A stretch of DNA of 64,000 nt. It comes from an uncultured Gemmatimonadaceae bacterium (GTDB lineage: Bacteria; Gemmatimonadota; Gemmatimonadetes; Gemmatimonadales; Gemmatimonadaceae). The notes below the pieces were generated by a model, which ran no database searches, had not been told where the DNA came from, and saw nothing but the letters and a program-made list of their open reading frames with translations. Made by a program: the position numbers and the translations under genes. Within the stretch, counting starts at the first letter, position 1. Each line of letters opens with the position of its first letter. Shown in pieces: positions 20,964-32,500 of this stretch. The stretch is from NCBI GenBank assembly GCA_963843845.1, contig CAWJMB010000002.1:320001-384000 (forward strand), written 5' to 3'.

Positions 20964-23320
20964 TCACTCGGCGGCGATGAGGTTGCGATAGGGGCCTCGC
21001 TCGGCCATGAGCGACGCGTGCGTGCCGCGCTGCACGATCTTGCCGCGATCGAGCACGAGGATCTCGTCGCAGTCGCGGATGGTGCTCAGGCGGTGCGCGA
21101 CGATGACGCAGGTGCAGCCGCGCCGGCGCAGGTTGTCGTCGATGATCTTCTCGGTCGCCGGGTCGAGCGCGCTCGTCGCCTCGTCGAGCACGAGCACGGT
21201 CGGGTTGCCGACGAGCGCGCGCGCGATCTCGAGGCGCTGGCGCTGCCCGCCGCTGAAGTTGCGCGCCGCCCTCCTCCATCGGGCCGGCGTAGCCGCCGGG
21301 GCGCGCGGCGATGTCGTCGTGGATGCACGCGTCGCGCGCGGCCTGCAGCAGATCCGCCTCGGGAACGGTGTCGTCCCACAGCGTGACGTTGTCGCGGATC
21401 GTTCCCTCGAACATCGCGACGTCCTGGTCGACGACGGCGAGCGAGTTGGCGACCGTCGCGCGCGGGTACGCGGCGCGCGGCCTTCCGTCGAACAGGATCT
21501 CGCCGCTCCACGGCTCGTAGAGCCCCGCGACGAGCTTCGCGACGGTCGACTTGCCGCAGCCCGAGCCGCCGACGAGCGCGACGCGGCTGCCGGGGCGCAG
21601 CGTGAGACTGAAGTCGTCGATGAGCGGCGGGTCGAGGCGGCTGTAGCCGAAGGTGAGGCCGCGCAGCTCGAGGCGGCCGGAGAGCTTCACCGGCGCCTCG
21701 CGCCCTTCCGTCAGGCACTCGGCGCGCTCGTCCGAGCGCAGCTCCTCGGCGTACGGATCGCGGGTCGCGCGGAGCACGTCGTCGAGGCGCGCCATGTCGC
21801 CGCGCACCTCGGAGAGCGAGCTCGCGAGGTCGACCATGCGGTTGACCGGGTTCAGGAAGGCGAGCATCAGCGCCTGGAACGCGATCAGCATGCCGATGCT
21901 CAGCTGCCCGTCGATGACGCGCACGCCGCCGACGCCGAGCACGAGCGCCGAGTTGATCGAGAGGAGCAGCGGCGGGACGGCGGAGAGGAACGTCGTCGTC
22001 AGCTGCAACTGCTGGTAGGCGTTGTTGACCTTCGCCTGGTGCCCCGCCCACCGCCCGAAGAAGTCGGATTCGGAACCCGTGGCCTTGAGCGTCTCGATCG
22101 ATCTGCAGCCCGTTCATCGCCGCGCCCATGAGCTTGCCGTGGTCCTGCACGAGGCGGCGGCTCAGGTCCGCGCGACGTCGTGAGACGACGCGGAGCGCGA
22201 CGACGTTCAGCACCGCCGTGAGGACGCCGACGAGCGTCAGCACGACGTCGTAGCGCAGCAGCAGCGCGGCGTAGAAGGCGACGACGAGCACGTTCAGCGC
22301 GGTCGTCGCGAGGTCGCCGGCGAGGAGGCGCGCGACGCGATCGTTGATCGACACGCGGTTGCCGATGTCGCCGGCGAAGCGCTGCGTGAAGAACACGACC
22401 GGCAGCCGCAGCACGTGCCAGAGAAACTTCCCCGACGTCTCGACGGCGAGCTTCGTCTGCAGGCGCAGCAGGGAGTGCTGCTGCAGCCAGACGAGCCCCG
22501 CGTTCACGAGCGCCGCGGCGGCCATGAGGAGGAGGAGCGGCTTCGTCCAGTGCGTCATGCCGCGCACGAGCACCTGGTCGACGAACGCTTCTGGAACGCC
22601 GGCGCGACGATGCCCGGCACGACGAGCGCGAGCCCGGCGAGGAACACGTACCCGACGGCGGCGCGCGACCCCGGCAGCCGGCTGGCGACGGCACCGAGCA
22701 GGCTCGGGTGCTCGCCGCCGCGCTCGAACGCGTCGCCGCGCTCGAAGGTGAGCACGACGCCGGTGAACGACTGGTCGAACTCCGCCTCGGTGACGACGAC
22801 CGGGCCGGTGGCCGGGTCGTTGAGGTACGCCTTCCCCTTCCGGAACCCTTCGAGGACGACGAAGTGGTTGAAGTTCCAGTGCACGATCATCGGGCCGGCC
22901 ATGGCGCTTCAGGTCGCCGGGCTCCTTCTTGAAGCCCTTCGCGACGAACCCGTAGGCGCGCGCCGCCTTGAGCACGTTGCTCGCCTTGCTGCCGTCGCGC
23001 GACACGCCGCAGGCGACGCGCAGCTCCTCGAGCGGCACGAAGCGGCCGTGGTAGGCGAGCACCATCGCGAGCGCCGCGGCGCCGCACTCGACCGCCTCCA
23101 TCTGGAGCACGGTCGGCACCTGGACGCGGCGCGCGGGGCGGGGCGGGGCGGCCTTCGGCGGCGTCGAGGCGTTCGGCGCGGTGCCGTGAGGCGTCGCGCC
23201 GCTCGGCGCTTCACCAGCGCGGCGCGGCACGAACCGCGTCGCGAGCGCCGCGCTCCGCTGCCGGACGCGGTCGCGCACGCCGTCGCGCACGCGGTCGGCG
23301 AAGGAGACGAGCGCGCTCAT
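20964..23320 (-). CDS. NHLP peptidase-containing ABC transporter (C39 + TMD + ATPase, TIGR03796-like), about 4 frameshifts
   Basis: [53 protein letters not shown]. Confidence 0.9.
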
Positions 23321-24581
23321 AGCCCCGTGGTCCGCTTCACGAGCGGGATCACCATCTCGACCGGGCGCCGCGTCGACACCGCGATGTTCCCCGAGGCGAG
23401 CGTGCCGCTCTGGATGCGCACCGGCGGCCCGCCCGACGACGTCCACCGGTAGCGGCTCGCCGTCGACGGATCGACGACGAGGTCGGCGTGCACCTCGTAC
23501 GGCGCGTCCTGGCCGGAGAGCGTCGCGACGAGCTGCTCGTTCTTGAGCACGCGCCGCATCCCGCGCGAGGTCGCGGGGAAATCGGAGACGTACGTGACGC
23601 GGCCGAGCATGTAGCCCGAACTCCTCCTGCTTCACCGTCGACGGCGCGATCTGGATGCGCATGCCGGGCTGATACTGCTTGCCGTGCACCGACGGCACGT
23701 AGAACACGGCTTCGAGGTCCTTCACGGCGCGGCCCTCGAGATCGAGGCTGAGGATCGGCTCGCCGGGCGCGACGACCGAGCCGCGCTCCGCCATCAGCTC
23801 GAGCACGCGCCCCGTGTACGGCGCGACCACCTGCGTCGCCGAGGCGAGCTGGCGCTCGAGCTCCGCGACGCGCGCCGCCTGCTCGTCGACGCGGGCGCGG
23901 CTCGCGCGCTGCTGCTCGGTGGCGTCGTTGCGCGAGCCGGCCTCTTTCGCCTCGAGCTGCGAGAGCTGGCCGCGCATGGTGCCGATCTTCTCGCGCGTCG
24001 CGTCGACCTGCTGGCGGGTGCCGAACAGCGTCGCCCTCGTGAGCAGCCCGCGCTCGACGAGCTGCTCCTGCGCCGCCGCCTTCTCCGTCAGCCACCGCAC
24101 GCTCTGCTCGGCGGCGGCGATCGACTGCGCGAGCTCCGCGCGCTGCTGCGCCACGTACTCGGACTCGAGCGCGACCCCCTCGCCGCCGAACTCGACGAGC
24201 ATGCGGTGCTGCTCGCGCAGAGCGGCGAGCGTCGCCTTCGCCTGCTGCACCTGGTTCGCCAGCTCGGGCTGCTCGAGGCGCGCGACGACCTGTCCCTCGC
24301 TGCACGACGTCGCCGCCGGCGACCGCGACGTCGGCGACGCGGCCGCCGCTCGTCGGGACGATCTGGAACACGCCGCCGCTCTTCACGAGGATGCCGACGC
24401 CGGAGACGGTCTCCGGGATGCTGCCCGCGAACCCCCATGCCGCGGCCGTCGCGAGCACGGCGCTCACGGCGAGCAACGCGATCCAGCCGCGCGCGTCGGT
24501 GACCTGCACGAGCTGGTCGAGCTGCTCGGGCGACGCGAGGCGGTCGAGCGAGACTTTGCGGAAGACGGTGGACTGGCTCAC
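23317..24581 (-). CDS. NHLP secretion membrane-fusion protein (HlyD, TIGR03794-like), 2 frameshifts
   Basis: FRKVSLDRLASPEQLDQL, a coiled coil, PSTVKQEEFG, YRWTSSGGP. Confidence 0.9.
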
Positions 24582-26352
24582 GGCGTACTCCGGGGGGGAT
24601 TGAGAAGGGCGGCCGTCGCACGCTCGACGGCGCGCGTCACGCGCTCGGCGACGCTGGATGCGGCGGCGCCGCGGTCGTCACGGATCGGCGCGGCCGCGGC
24701 GACGTCGTCGGGGGCGAGATCGCCGGCGGCGAAGCGCAGCGCGGCGAGTGCGCCGGCGTAGCCGCGGCGGGCAGCGATCTCGGCGAGCAGCGCATTGGTC
24801 AGCGCCTCCTCGGCGTTCACGACGTCGAACTGCGTGGCCATGGCGAGTCGGAACTTCTGCTTCTCGTTGTCGACCATCTGGCGGGCGAGCCGCACCGCGT
24901 CGGTCGACTCGCGCAGCGCATCGCGTCCGCGCGCGAGCGCCGACGTCGCGACGGCGACCGCGGCGAGCGCGCGGCGCGCGAGATCCGCTTCCACGATGCG
25001 GCGCTGCTCGTGCTCCGCCTCGCGCTGGGCGGCGAGCCCACCGGCGGCGGCGTTGCGCACGGGGAGGTCGAACTGGAGCTGCACGTTCGTGGTGAGCCCG
25101 GGGACGTTGCGATAGAGCGGGCTCACGAAGCGGTCGACGCCGAACCCCTGATCGAGCCCCGCATAGCTCGCGTCGACGACGAGGTCGACGCGCGGACGCG
25201 TGGCCTGCATCGCGACGTCGACCTGGTCGCGTGCGGCGCGTCGGCGCGCGGCCGCGGCGAGCACGTCGGGGCGCCGCAGCACGCGGTCGGCGACGTCCGA
25301 CGGGGCCGCGCTCGGCGCCGTCGCGTTCGGCGCCGTCGCGTTCGGCGCCGTCGCGTTCGGCGCCGTCGCGTCGGTCGCGTCGACGCTCGGCGCGCCGGCG
25401 CGCGGCGCGCTGTCGTTCGGCACGGGGTACGGCGTCGACGCGGCGGGGAGCGCGGCGATCGTCGCCGCCGGCACCCCCATCACGACGCCGAGCTGCTGCC
25501 GCGCCTCGTCGACGGCCTGCTCGGCCGTCACGCGCTGCGCGCGGCGGGTGGCGAGGTTGCCGAGCAGCTGCGCGAGGTCGCCGGCGGGGCGCTCGTCGGC
25601 GCGGATCAGCTCGCGCGTCTCGTCGACGAGGAGCTGCGCGCGGCGCTCGGTCTCGCGCTGCACGTCGAGCCGCTGGCGTGCGGCGGCGTAGCTCCAGTAC
25701 GCGACCGCGGCCTCGTACGCCGCCTGCGCCGCCGCCTGCCGCAGGTCGAGCGTCGACGCGTCGAGCTCGGAGTCGGCGGCGCGCATCCCGGCCGCGACCG
25801 CGCGTCCGAACCGGTCCTTGCCGAGCGGCACCGCGACGCCGAGCCCCGCCTTCGCGCGCGTCGTCGGCGCGACGCCGGCGATCGTGCCCCCCGCCGCGGC
25901 GCCGCTCGCCACACCGCTCGTGAGCACCCCGAGCTGCGACAGCCCGACGGTCGGCGTGACGACGACGCCCCACGGCAGCCGCTTCGCGATGCCGACCTGG
26001 TAGTCGACACTCCGCGTCTGCGTCGCGCTGACGAGCGTCGGCGACACATACGCCGCCTCGCGCTGCCGCCCGCCGCCGACGATCGACTGCACCTGCGCGT
26101 CGAAGGCGGCCGAGGCGACGGCGACGCCGCCGCGGGCGGCGTCGAGCTGCCAGCGCGCGGCGCGGGCGCTCGGGCTGAGCACCGCCGTGGTCCGCAGCAC
26201 GTCCGCGAGCGTGAGGCCGGGGGTGATGCCGGGGGTGATGCCGGGGGCAGGCGGGCGGCCGCCGGTGCGGCGAGCGGCGGCGATGCGAGCGCGCCGGCGC
26301 ACAGCGCGGCAGCGTACAGCGCGGCGCCGGTCGTTCGGCGGCTGTCAGGCAC
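24578..26352 (-). CDS. TolC-family outer-membrane efflux protein, frameshift near 26260
   Basis: GTG at 26352 gives a signal peptide (ALYAAALCAGALA). Body has AYWSYAAA, RRPDV, NEKQKFRLAMATQFDV. Confidence 0.8.
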
Positions 26353-26440
26353 GCGCGCCGTCCCGGCCGTACCACGCCCGCGCGAGCCCGCCGACGACGT
26401 GTTCGAGGTCGTCGTCGCGCAGCTCGTCGGGGTCGGCCAT
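26345..26440 (-). CDS. Minimal double-glycine precursor peptide (not in ORF track)
   Basis: MADPDELRDDDLEHVVGG|LARAWYGRDGARA. Stop overlaps the TolC start. The true start may be ATG 26589 via a frameshift. Confidence 0.7.
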   Translation of the reverse strand: MADPDELRDDDLEHVVGGLARAWYGRDGARA

Positions 26441-26585
26441 GATCGAGTCGGCTGTCGCGGCGTCGGCCTGGACAGCGGCGCGGGACGAGAGCACGGCGCG
26501 CGGCGCCGCGATCGACGCCGACAGCGTGCACCGGCGAGCGGACCGGCGAGCGGACCGGCGAGCGGCGCGGAGAGCAGGTGCGCGC

Positions 26586-26942
26586 TCATACCGAGCGCCT
26601 CGGCGGCGGCGGCGCGCTATTCTTCCACATGTGGCGGTGCGCGGCGTGCGGGTGCGCGCCGCCGGCCACGACTTCGAGCTCGCTGTCGCTCAGCTCTCGA
26701 TCGTTCGACTCGTCGCCGGCCCGCTCGAGATCCGGCAGCACGACGAGCGCGTCGACGTCGTCGGCCTTCTCGACGAAGCGGATGCGGAAGCCGGCCGGGA
26801 TGGTGATGCCGAACGCGTCGCGGATCGCGCGATGCGGTTCGCTGAGTAGCGCGCGTCGGAACGCCACGTCTTCGCCGGCGCGGGCGAGCACGGCGTCGAG
26901 CGCGTGCTGCTGATCGGGTGACTGCACGAGCACTTCCTCCAT
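26586..26942 (-). CDS. NHLP-leader precursor with His/Trp/Pro-rich core
   Basis: DVAFRRALLSEP, LVVLPD, ELSDSELEVVAGG|AHPHAAHRHMWKNSAPPPPRRSV. GGAGG spacing favours GTG 26927 as start. Confidence 0.85.
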   Translation of the reverse strand: MEEVLVQSPDQQHALDAVLARAGEDVAFRRALLSEPHRAIRDAFGITIPAGFRIRFVEKADDVDALVVLPDLERAGDESNDRELSDSELEVVAGGAHPHAAHRHMWKNSAPPPPRRSV

Positions 26943-27010
26943 GCGGTGAGGCGGCGTCGTCGGCGCGGCAGGGAGGCCGCGGGACGGGCCGCCGGACGTC
27001 CGGGAGAAGG

Positions 27011-27025
27011 GCAACGCGCGTACCT
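27011..27025 (-). promoter_or_regulatory. sigma54 -24/-12 promoter candidate P3
   Basis: AGGTACGCGCGTTGC (GG-N10-GC), ~70 nt upstream of the NHLP/export operon. Confidence 0.65.
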
Positions 27026-27122
27026 CGCGCGGCTTCGCACTAACTCGCCTAACGGCAACGCGTTAGGCACTTTCGTCAGGCGCGCGGCGCGAGGCGGGGT
27101 GCTAGCGCGTAGAGGCGGGGAT

Positions 27123-28220
27123 CTATTCGCCGGCCGCGCCGCGAGCGCGGCGAGCGTCGCGCGCGGCGAGTGTCGCGCGCGGCGTGTGGTGCGCGGAGAG
27201 GTAGGCCTTCGCGGTCGAGTGGCCGCCGTCGCAGACGACTTTGACGTGGTTCACCCACCGCGCCGTCACGCTCTCCCACAGCTCGTGCGGCAGCACGCCG
27301 ATCTCGTAGCCGCCCCAGTGACGCAGCCCCTCGCGCTGCGCCTCGGTCAACAGCCCGCGCTCGCCGAGCCGCGCGAGGAGCGAGCGCTCGGCGACGTCGC
27401 CGCGCAGTTGGGCGAGGCGGTCGAGCGTGTACTCGAGACCGACCGGCGCGCGCAGACGGCCCTCTGCGTCGATGTCGATGTGGACGACCGACGGGGGGCG
27501 CGCGCCGCCGTCGACGAGCGCCGCGTCGCCGAGCACGTGGAGCGTCTCACGCAGCGTCGCGCCGTCGCCGCGCCACCCGACGGCACGCAGGTACGGCAGC
27601 GCGGCGTGCATCGCGAGGCCGTGCACGCACAGTCGCACGGCGCCGGCCGCGCCGGGACGCGCGAGCATGACGCCGACGTACGGCGCGGTCGCGCCAGGCG
27701 GGAGAACCGTCAGGCACCGGGCGAGCGTGTCGCACATCCGCTCGGACGGAGACGCGCTCAGCGCCGCGAGCGCGTCGAACATCCGGGCGGTGTGCGCCGC
27801 GCCGTCGCCGCGGTACGACGACCCGGCGAAGTCGACGAACACGCTCGGGCGCGGCGGACCGCCGTCGACGTCGAACTCGAGCCACAGACTCTCGATCGCG
27901 GTCGCACGTGCCGGCGACTGTGGCCACGCGCCGGCGAGCGCCGCGGCGCGCCGCCACGCGTCGTCGCCCGGGAAGCGGGCGGCCGCCGCGGCGACGAGCG
28001 GCGCGGCGCCGGACTCGACGTTGACGATGAGATCCGTCTGCGCCGGCGCGCCGGCGCCGAGCCGACACTCGAGGTAGAGCCAGCGCGTCAGCGCCGCCGG
28101 CAGGAACGCGGCGAGCGCCCGCACGCGATCGAGCGCCTCGGGCGCGACGAGCGCCGACGGAACGTGCGGCGCGAGGGCGTCGATCGTAGCGGAGAGCGCG
28201 GGCGCGGCGCGCGTCGTCAT
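27123..28220 (-). CDS. Uncharacterised RiPP tailoring protein, possible ABBA-fold prenyltransferase
   Basis: YLECRL, TDL, LWLEFD, VGVMLAR..VRL, GLEY, NHVKV, AKAYL. ATG at 28220. Fold assignment is inference. Confidence 0.55.
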   Translation of the reverse strand: MTTRAAPALSATIDALAPHVPSALVAPEALDRVRALAAFLPAALTRWLYLECRLGAGAPAQTDLIVNVESGAAPLVAAAAARFPGDDAWRRAAALAGAWPQSPARATAIESLWLEFDVDGGPPRPSVFVDFAGSSYRGDGAAHTARMFDALAALSASPSERMCDTLARCLTVLPPGATAPYVGVMLARPGAAGAVRLCVHGLAMHAALPYLRAVGWRGDGATLRETLHVLGDAALVDGGARPPSVVHIDIDAEGRLRAPVGLEYTLDRLAQLRGDVAERSLLARLGERGLLTEAQREGLRHWGGYEIGVLPHELWESVTARWVNHVKVVCDGGHSTAKAYLSAHHTPRATLAARDARRARGAAGE

Positions 28221-28283
28221 CGCACTGGCCTTCCCAGCCGCGACAGCACCACGGAGGTCGCACTCGGCGTGCGGTGTTTTGTA

Positions 28284-28353
28284 ACAGAAGGAACAGAAAG
28301 GATTGAAGAAGAACATCGCCGTGCAGTTCTTCCGTCCCTTCTGTTCCTTCTGT
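28284..28353. repeat. REP-like imperfect palindrome, copy 2
   Basis: ACAGAAGGAACAGAAAGGATTGAAGAA ... TTCTTCCGTCCCTTCTGTTCCTTCTGT, 27-nt arms with 3 mismatches. Confidence 0.7.
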
Positions 28354-28374
28354 CGAACCACATCGCGGTCGGCT

Positions 28375-29495
28375 TCAGTTGTAACGGTAGACGACTTTCC
28401 CGAACCGCGCGGGATCGTTGAACGTGCGGTCGAGGAACGGCGCGACGTCGTCGCCGGTGAACACCGAGTCGACGACCGGGGCGAGGAGCCCGGCCTCGTA
28501 GTCGCGCACCGCCGCGTCCAGGTCCGCGTGGAGGCCGATGCAGTTTCCGATGATCGTCAAGTTCTTCATGATCATCTGCGTCACGATCGGGTGCATCCCG
28601 ACCGGCGTCGCGACGCCGGCCGCCTCCGCCGCGTGGCCGGTCTGGCCGGCCAGGCCGCAGCTCACGTACGAGCCGAACGGCTCGAGCAGCTCGACCGCGC
28701 GCTCGAGGTGCATGTCGAAGAACGGGTCGAACACGTGATCGAAGCCGCCGACCCGCCGCGCCAGCGCGGCGAGCGCCGCGTCGTTCGCGAAGCCGTCGCG
28801 CCCCCGCCCGACGACGACGACGTCGCCGAGGGCGAGCGCGCGCAGCCGCTCGGCGGAGCGCTCCGACGTCGTCGTCGCGTAGACCTGCGCGCCGGCGGCG
28901 CGGAGCGCGCCGAGGATGCAGAGCGACGTGTTCGACGACGCGGAGGTGACGAGCACGCGGGCCCCGGGCGCGGGGGCCACGCGGCGCACCATGCTGTACG
29001 CCGTCTGCGCGTTCAGCGCGAACGCGGCCGCCTGCTCGCTCGGCATCGCGCCCGGCACGCGGCGCAGCTGCCGCTCGTGGAAGACGAGCAGCTCCTTCGA
29101 CGCCTGATTCGTCGGCACGCCGGCCGCGACGCCCTCGGCCGTGCGCGGCCGCCCCTCGTAGTGCATGTCGGCCATGACGCGGTCGCCGGGCGCGAGGGCG
29201 CGCACGCGGTCGCCGACGGCGACGACCTCCGCGCAGAACTCCGAGCCGATCGCGATGAAGCGCGCCGACGGCACGCTCCGCATCCGCGTGATCAGCCCCT
29301 TGTCGCGGTAGTTGCACAGACGGCCTGAACCCGCACGAGCACGCCGCGTCCGTCCTCGACGCGTTCCGGCACGAAGTCGACGTCTCGCGTCGCGACGACC
29401 CCGCAGCCCACGCGCACGCCGTCGACGACGACGGTGCGGTGGGGCGACACGGCCAGCGGCGGCGACTGCGCGCCGAACACGACGAGGTTCCGCAT
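28375..29495 (-). CDS. Zn-binding MDR dehydrogenase/reductase, LanJ(A)-like, frameshift near 29318
   Basis: VLVRVQAV[S]CNYRDK, IGSEFCAEVVAVG, PGDRVM, AQTAYSMVRR, VLVTSASSNT, RFGKVV. Directly downstream of lanM. Confidence 0.75.
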
Positions 29496-29533
29496 GAGGT
29501 GGCGTATCCGTTGGTGTGAGAGACCGTGACCGC

Positions 29534-32500
29534 TCACTCCCACACGAGGAGCGACGGGAGGACGTGGGGGTGCGCGACCCGCAGGAGCTGGTAGGCGACG
29601 CCGGCGGCGCCGTGAAACAGACCGACGGCGACGTCGTCGTCCGGCCAGCCGGTGTCGAAGCGGCCGCGCTCGACGGCGCGGTCCGCGACGGCAGCCGCCG
29701 TGCGGCGCGCGGCGTCGCGCAGCTCGGGGCGCGCGAGGCGGTCGGCGGCGAGGAGCAGGAAATCGACGCGCCCCATACGGCCGGCGCACAGCCCGTCGAC
29801 GCCGCGGTCGAGCGCGGCGAGCGTGTGCGCGACGGCGCCGTCGACCTCCCGGCGACAGTCGGTGCGACAGTCGTCACGACAGTGGACGACAGTCGACGAC
29901 AGTCGGCGCGACAGTCGGCGCGACAGTCGGCGCGACAGTCGCCGTGACAGTAATCGCGACAGTCGCCGTGACAGTAATCGCGACAGTCGCCCGCGCCGAG
30001 TCGGGCGAGTCCGACGCCGGCGGTGCCGCGGGCCCACGTCGTGTCGATGTCGACAGCGTCGGACGAGCCGCCCGACGGAGCGGCACCCGACGGAGCGGCG
30101 CCCGACAGATGGCGCTCCAGCGCCACCGCTTCGCGCGCCGCCGCGCGAGGGCCGTCGACGCCGGCCGCGCGCGCCAGCCGCGCGAGGGCGTAGGTCACCC
30201 CCGCCTGGCCGTGCGCCATCCCGGTCTCGAAGCCCCACTGCGGCGACGCCCAGCCGCGCAGCCCGCTGCCGTCGTGCGTCGTTCGCCGGGCGAGCAGTCG
30301 ATCGGCGAACCCGACCGCGTTCGCGAGCGGCGCGTCGTCGCCGCACCGCTCGTACAGCGCCGTCAGCGCGAGCACGGCGCCGGCGTGTCCGGCGAGCAGG
30401 TCGTGCGAGCCGCGCCGCTCGTCCGGGGTCATCGCCGCCCCGAGGCGTCGGGCGATCGCGAGCAGCGGCGCCTCGTCGAGCCAGGCGCTCAGCGTCGCGA
30501 GCGCGTAGAGCGTCGCGCCGATCCCCGTGCCGGCGCCGAGGTCCGCGCTCCGCTGCGTGCGGAGCGCGTGCGCGAGCCGGTCGGCGCGCGTCACGAGCGG
30601 GCGCGCGGCGGCGAGCGCGGCGGCGCGGTGCGCGGGGTCCGCGGACACGCGGGCGAGCGCGCCGAAGAAGAGGGCATAGCCGGCGGAGCCGTCGAACAGG
30701 CCGTGCGGCACCGGCGCGAGCGCGTAGCGGCGCGACGCGGGCTCGTACGACGCCGTCACCCACCCCAACTCGCCGTCCGCGCCGACCGTCGCCTGCGCGA
30801 GCAGACGCTCGGCCGTTCGTTGCGCCAGCGCGTCGGCGGCGCGCGCGAAGTCCGCGTCGGCGCAGGGCGCGCCGGCGGGCCGAACGACGGCGAGTCGCGC
30901 GGGCGCGAGTCGCGCGAGTCGCGCGAGCGCGGGTGGCGCGAGGTCGCGGCGCGCGACGTCGCGCGCCGCGTGCGCGTGGAACGCGGCGCGGATCAGCCCC
31001 ACCTGCCGACGCAAGTCGCGCGGGCCGAGCGACGCGAGGCGCTGCACCGCTTCGTCGTAGGCGGTCGCGGCGAAACACGCGTCGACGCGGACCTCGCGCG
31101 CGCCGCCGGGCAGGTGCAGCGTCGCGTCGCCGGCCGGAGCGGCGAACAGCGGCACGTCGAGCCGCTCGAGCGCGTCGCGTTCCGCGGCGACGAGCGGCCA
31201 CAGCGCGGCGCGCGCGCCGGTGACGAGGAAGGCGCGTGCCAGCGCGTCGAGCTCCGCGCTGCGCAGCGCGCCGTCGCGCAGGAACTGCGGGTGCAGGCAC
31301 CGGTCGAGCACCATCGCGTAGAGGCTCGTGTTGCGCGCGATGAAGCGCACCGGCGCGCGCCGCATGCGGTCGAGCAGCCCGCCGGGCGCCGCGAGCGCCG
31401 GGGCCTGCGCGGACACCGCCTCGTAGGCGCGCGTGAAGCCGGCGACGATGCGCTCGACGTGCGCGTCGGCGTACACCGCGCTCCGTCGACCGACGGCACG
31501 TTGTGACCGAGCGCGGCGACGGCGGCGGGGCGCGTCACGAGGCGCATGCTGTCGCCGTTCACGTCGTCCCAGCAGCGCAGCGCGGGGAGGCGATCGCTCG
31601 CGGCGCCTTCCGCGCTCGGCGCGCACGCCAGCGCGCCGATGTCGGCCGCGACGCCGGGGGTGAGAAAGCGCAGCGCCGGGAGCATGCCCACGCGGAGCAC
31701 GGACGTGTCGCACGCGCGCTGGCCGGCGGAGACCCCGCTCGTCGCGCCGTCCGCGGCGCCGTCCGCGCTCACGTCGGTGCCGTCGTCGTCCGCCACGACG
31801 AGGCGGTGCCCGACGAGCGTCTCGAGGTCGATGAGCACCGGGTGCTCGCCGGCCGCGATCAGATTCTCGAGGTGGAAGTCGGTGCCGTTGAGCGCGTAGG
31901 CGAGCGCGAGGAGCGCGCCGCACCGTTCGTAGTAGCGCGCCGCCGCGCTCGCGTCGACGCACGGCGCGGCCGCCACGAACTCCACCCACCCGTAGCCGTC
32001 GCGCAGCAGCACGCCGGGTGCGCGGAGCGTCGGCGCGCCGTCCACGGGCGCATCGCCGACGGGATCGAGTGCGCGGTCGACGACGGCGACGAGCTCGCGG
32101 AACACGCACTCCAGGTCGAGCGGTCGCGGCTTGTAGACGGCGCGCAGGCCGCACGCCCACTCGACGATCGCGACCGCGCGTCCGCCGTCGTGCGGGTCGG
32201 CGATCGAGGTCGTCACGCGCACGATGGTGCCTAACGCCGAGCTGTCGCCGAACGCGACCGCGACCGCCGCCGCGTCGTCCGCGGCGCGGCGGAGCAGCTC
32301 CGCCGTCGCGTCGACCCAGAGCGTCGTCGCCGTCGCGCAGAGGCGCGCCGCCACCGGGTAGTCTTCGAAGAAGTCGGCGAGCCCGTCGCGCCGCATGCGC
32401 GCGACGAAGGCGTCGTAGAGCGGCCGCCGCCGTGCCGAGCCCGGCCCCGCCGGGAGCTGCCCGGTCGCGCCGAGGCGGGCGCCGAGGCCGAACGTCTGGT

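Noticed and set aside
29849..29988. Repeat array as a CRISPR array
   Set aside because: Units are 10-12 nt, contiguous, without spacers and inside a CDS; no cas genes are in the window.
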